From Lophium mytilinum (Eukaryota), in NCBI GenBank assembly GCA_010093605.1, contig MU004193.1:1061520-1125519 (forward strand): a stretch of 64,000 nucleotides of DNA. Reading direction: 5' to 3'. A program made the position numbers and the translations under genes. This document shows, in pieces, positions 60,090-64,000 of this stretch. Numbering within the stretch: the stretch's first letter is position 1; the number at the start of each line of letters is the position of its first letter. The notes below the pieces were generated by a model. The model saw only the letters and a program-made list of their open reading frames with translations, did no database searches and was not told the origin of the DNA.

Positions 60090-60356
60090 CGTTACGTCGT
60101 AAAAGGGTATAAATTTGGCTGTTCGTGCTTACATATGCACCTAGTGGATTGCAGTCTCTACCAGTCCAAGTAAAATGTAGCGATCTGGACCTTTTTATCT
60201 TGGGTTTGCGAGTTGCGCGACATCTGCGATGTGGGAGTGCACTCATGTTGTTGAAGAAAAAGTACCCCTGACGCCACGTCCTAGCGGCCTAGCGGCACAG
60301 CGGGTGGCGGGTACTATTTTCATCCGATCTACCAACAGCACAGACCACACAGGCAA

Positions 60357-61170
60357 TCTGATATACAGTCACAAGAACTTGACATTACGTGTATCCAAAC
60401 TTCAACCTGCCAGGAGCGTCTTTAGGGCGTATAACACTGTGCAGTCCAAATGCTAGATTGCTGCGATCTCGTGTGGTCTTCCAAATTGGAGTAATATTGT
60501 ATAGCTAGTAACAGGGTCTAATATACGTTCTCGAGATCATAACATTGCAAGAACCTAGTACCTGACTATGCCAGGGGCATATTCAGGGTATATCAGGGTG
60601 CGCAAATCGAAAGCCCGATAGCTACGATTTCAAAGATAGTTAGAATTATAGGCTAAGTAGCGAGCAAACATCAGCCAGTCTAATATGCAGTGTCAAGAAC
60701 TTTACATCGCGTGTATCTAGACTTCAACCATGCCAAGGGAGTCTTCAAGGTTTATTGAGGCGGGCAAAGTGAATTAAAGGAGGCTTCAATGTGCAGTCAT
60801 ATTCAAAACCATAGCCTTATCGTCTAGCTATCAACGACGTTCTAATATGCACACTCAAGAATGTGACATCGCATGTCTCCGAACTTCAATTAGGCGAGGG
60901 GCGCCTTTGTGGCATATCGAAGTGTGCAGAGTGAGATAAACATAGCTTCAATATCTAGTTGTAGTCAAAACCATTGCTTTATCGCCAAGGTACCAATCCC
61001 GTCCTGATATAGAGGCCCCAGAACATGACATCACGTGCACCCAAAAATCAATAGCGTAAGAGGCGTCTTCACGGTATAACAGAATGTGCAATACGAGAAG
61101 GAGATAGCTATTATTTCCAATGGCAATTACATCCATTGAAGGAAATTGCAACAAGTAACAAAAGTAGATA
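60357..61170. repeat. Diverged tandem array of 5 units plus a weak sixth, period ~162 bp
   Basis: Anchor tctaatat/yctgatat at 60357, 60517, 60679, 60841, 61003; most units are followed by caagaa...acatc.cgtgt.tc..aacttcaa, and caaaaccat recurs in two units. Confidence 0.85.
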
Positions 61171-61299
61171 TTGTCCCAAAAGCCCCTACATGCCGTAGGA
61201 GCTACCTCAACACCCTTAGCGGGTACACAACGTCCAAGAAACAAGAAGAAACACCACAAGTCGTCTACTAAAACCCGAAGAAAGACCCCAAATTGCCGC

Positions 61300-62539
61300 C
61301 TAGAGCCCGAAGAATTCCCCAAAGACGCCGCAGACCAACCACCCAAACCAACAAAAGCAACCACACAACCGCCAAAACAAGCACCAAAGCTCCCACGACA
61401 CCCCCTCCACCCACCCGCCCACCTCCCACGTACCCAAGCACGCCGCGGCCACACCCAGCACCCCCAAAACGCCCCCAAGAACCCACAGAACCCTCAACTC
61501 CCCCTTTACTGCCAACTCTGCCCGCAAATGTGCCCTCAGCCTGCGGTTCTTCTCCCATTTCTCCAGGGACATCTTCCCCTTCTCTACCCACGCTCTCTCT
61601 GTTTCTTCCAACTTCTTCCACTTTTCAGCCCCATCCACTACGCCTCGTGCCACACAGACGCGGAAATTCACCTCCACGTCCGGGTAGCACGAGGCGTAGT
61701 GCATCTCGCGCGTAAAAGCGACTTCAACCACACAAGCGTGCGAGCACGCCGTCTCGATGCGGTCGGAGCCAAGGACGAAGAAACGACGCGCGGAGGGGTG
61801 GATCTTCCGGTTACACGCGAAGCACGGGATCTTCGGGCGGGCGAGGACGGGGTCGGTGCGGGCGGCGTGGGCGAGGGTGGCGACGACGAGGGCGGCGATG
61901 ATGGCGAAGATGAGGAGGAAGAGGGCGGTGTCGGCGTTTCTTTTGACCCATAGGAGGACGCGGAGGGTGGTGAGGATGTCGGAGCGAAAGGCGGAGAGGT
62001 TGGTGGTAAATTCTTCATAAAGGGCAGGTAGCGTTGCGTTGAAGGCTGCGAAAAGGATCGAGGGGGTGGTGACGAGTGCTCCAAGAAGGACACGGAGAGC
62101 GGCGACGAAAGCTCCAAAGATGACCGAGGAAGCGGCGACGAGGGGGGCCACGACGTGCCGATTGAGAAACGGGAGCGCGGAGAAGTATCCAACGATATGG
62201 CCCTTGATGATGATGAAAGCGGCGAAAGAGGCGAGGAATTGGTCCATCTTCGCGCAGAAGCGGTCACGCTTTGCTGGGACTATAGCAGCGAAGCGGCAGA
62301 AGAGGTAGGTGGCGGCGTGGAGGAAGATGTAGATGTTGAGGAATAAGATGAGCCAGTCTACGAGCCACAGCGTATGCTCAGGGTCCGCCAAGAAGTAAAT
62401 ACCGGTGGTCTAAGTTTTGTTAGAAACGTTCAAATTGAACTGGTATCCCTGGAGGGCCTAAATCGTAACTTACGTCGAGGTCCTCTGCTGCCACGAACAT
62501 AGCTTGGAGGGCGCTTCCGTACGAGACGTAGGCAGTCAT
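61300..62539 (-). CDS. Hypothetical multi-pass membrane protein with a Cys-containing loop, 2 exons
   Basis: ATG at 62539; intron 62410-62473 (GTAAGT..CTAAC..TAG) joins in frame to the 363-aa ORF; several hydrophobic segments; CFAC...CSHAC...C...C. Confidence 0.7.
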
Positions 62540-63907
62540 GATGATGAAGATTTTGACGTGATTTGAGAGCTTGAAGAAGATGAACTAGTCGAGACGACGC
62601 AGCTTGAGGCCAGCTCAAGGAGAAAAGGCTACTGCAATTGAGATTTTGAAGGAAGTCAGAAAGTCAAGAGATGTAGCGCGGTATGAACGGTTTCAATGAG
62701 ATGGAGGGAAGCTGAGAATATATAGTCGAAAGGTTTGGAAATCGCGCTAACACGCACAATACCTATTCAAATGTGACTATTATCGAGGCGGGAAGCCGAT
62801 CGAAAGTGAAGTGGGAGGGTGGTGAAGTTTTTGAATGGGAGGACAATAGGATTATTGCTAGCGTGAATTGTCGATTCACCCTATTATCAGGTATACTACT
62901 GTCAACCTCACAATACCGAGCACGCCCTTTTACCACTGTTTGGAATGCCTCCGTGGGTTCTCTAAATTGTAAGCCCGATGTCAAATTTGGTGCAATGGGA
63001 ATTGAGCTGCCCTTTGACCGGCCTGACGGCCGCCTATAAGGCTCCTCCCGACAGTGGTGTCTAGCTTCCAAGCGTGGCAGTCATTTAGTGGTTTTCCGGT
63101 GGTGCAATTTCTTTGCGAACGGATTTCAGACAGCTTTTGGGCGACGTTTGGCGTTTTGGTCAAGTGTTTGGAGGGCCCTAGGGTCAACATTACCGAGAGG
63201 AGCATGATGTCAAGTCCCTATAATCGTGAGTTAGGAGCGGAAATATAGAGCGCTTCAAGTCAACCCAATGACGAGTTACGTCACAATTGTAATCTGAACG
63301 AGGAGTGAGCTCTCGCCGATTTGACAAACCTGTAAACCAGCCGAGCGCCCCGCGGAGAATCATTCACTTCCCCCTAGGCCGCCAAAACATCCGACTTTAC
63401 GGTTCTCTCTCAACCAGCAAAACAAGTTTTCTTCGCAATTCTTTGGGTTCAGCCACAACTCTTACCCCGCTCGCTGAGAATTGTCGTTGCATGAGGCTTC
63501 TGCGCCCCAATCGCGCCAGCTCAACGCGTCCTCGTATTCATGCGCGGGATCGCGGCGTCAGGCGATAACGCGCCGAGTTCGCGTTGACTCATTGCCTGCC
63601 TGAAAGCACCGAGCAAGGGCCTTACACGTCCAATCGTGGACGAATACGCGCGCCTCAAAATGTGCTGAGGCCGTCATTGGAGAGAAGCGTGCGGAGAAGA
63701 CTTCATGATTAGTTATCTGGCTTTCAGAAGACGAAGTATGAAGGAGAGAGATGATGTATAAAGAGGTTGGGATGGAATGCGGCGAGGGAGGGACAAAGCC
63801 TTCGGATTGAGAGTCTCTGAACACCCAAGAAAATCACTGTCAGCCGATATTCGTCTCTACGCATAGAACTCCAGGCTTCCAAACGATAGTTCTTTACCTA
63901 GGTCAAC

Positions 63908-64000
63908 ATGTCTTCCGAACATCAAGCAGCCAGCATGCCCAGAGAAGGTGCCCTGTGCTGGGTTGAGTTCCTCGCTCATGACGTCCCAAAGCTCAAGGTA
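63908..64000 (+). CDS. 5' exon of a glyoxalase/bleomycin-resistance (VOC) family protein, truncated by the window end
   Basis: MSSEHQAASMPREGALCWVEFLAHDVPKLK followed by a GTA donor; G..CWVE....D....K is the typical start of fungal VOC proteins. Confidence 0.6.
   Translation, partial: MSSEHQAASMPREGALCWVEFLAHDVPKLKV

Noticed and set aside
60948..61953. ORFs 60948-61478 (-), 61171-61953 (+) and 61293-61715 (+)
   Set aside because: Low-complexity products of the C/G-skewed tract overlapping the 61300-62539 gene and the tandem array
1..64000. tRNA, rRNA, Starship captain recombinase or intact transposase/retroelement genes
   Set aside because: None recognised by eye; a tRNAscan-SE/Infernal/HMM search would be needed to exclude small or divergent ones

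Overview
Eukaryotic DNA from a filamentous ascomycete (Pezizomycotina-type), judged from short GT-AG introns with CTRAC/CTAAT branch sites, HET-domain genes and RIP-like TpA-rich patches. About 23 protein-coding genes are recognisable, two of them cut by the window edges. Conserved genes: NudE, acetyl-CoA carboxylase, NAD(P) transhydrogenase, an acyl-CoA synthetase, an S10 carboxypeptidase, an MFS transporter and a 2-hydroxyacid dehydrogenase. Accessory genes: three HET-type genes, tannase/feruloyl esterase, an intradiol-dioxygenase-like protein, epoxide hydrolase, small secreted Cys-rich proteins, DUF4419, an NmrA-like protein and several orphans. Most notable observations: (1) a ~3.9 kb block (33.0-36.9 kb) bounded by long diverged inverted repeats built from a CACGTG-containing module, enclosing a kinase-like gene with one in-frame TAG and a secreted PAN/apple-like gene; the same module recurs at 20.2-20.35 kb; (2) a highly diverged five-exon eIF2-beta-like gene; (3) an effector-like 8-Cys gene between diverged direct repeats; (4) a non-coding ~162-bp-period tandem array; (5) splicing oddities: an apparent GT-CG intron, a 4-nt microexon and a GC-AG intron; (6) repeated sharp C-rich to G-rich compositional switches; (7) a MITE-like element and an SDR gene relic. 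All calls come from reading the sequence by eye plus recalled family motifs; no database searches were run and intron boundaries are manual predictions.
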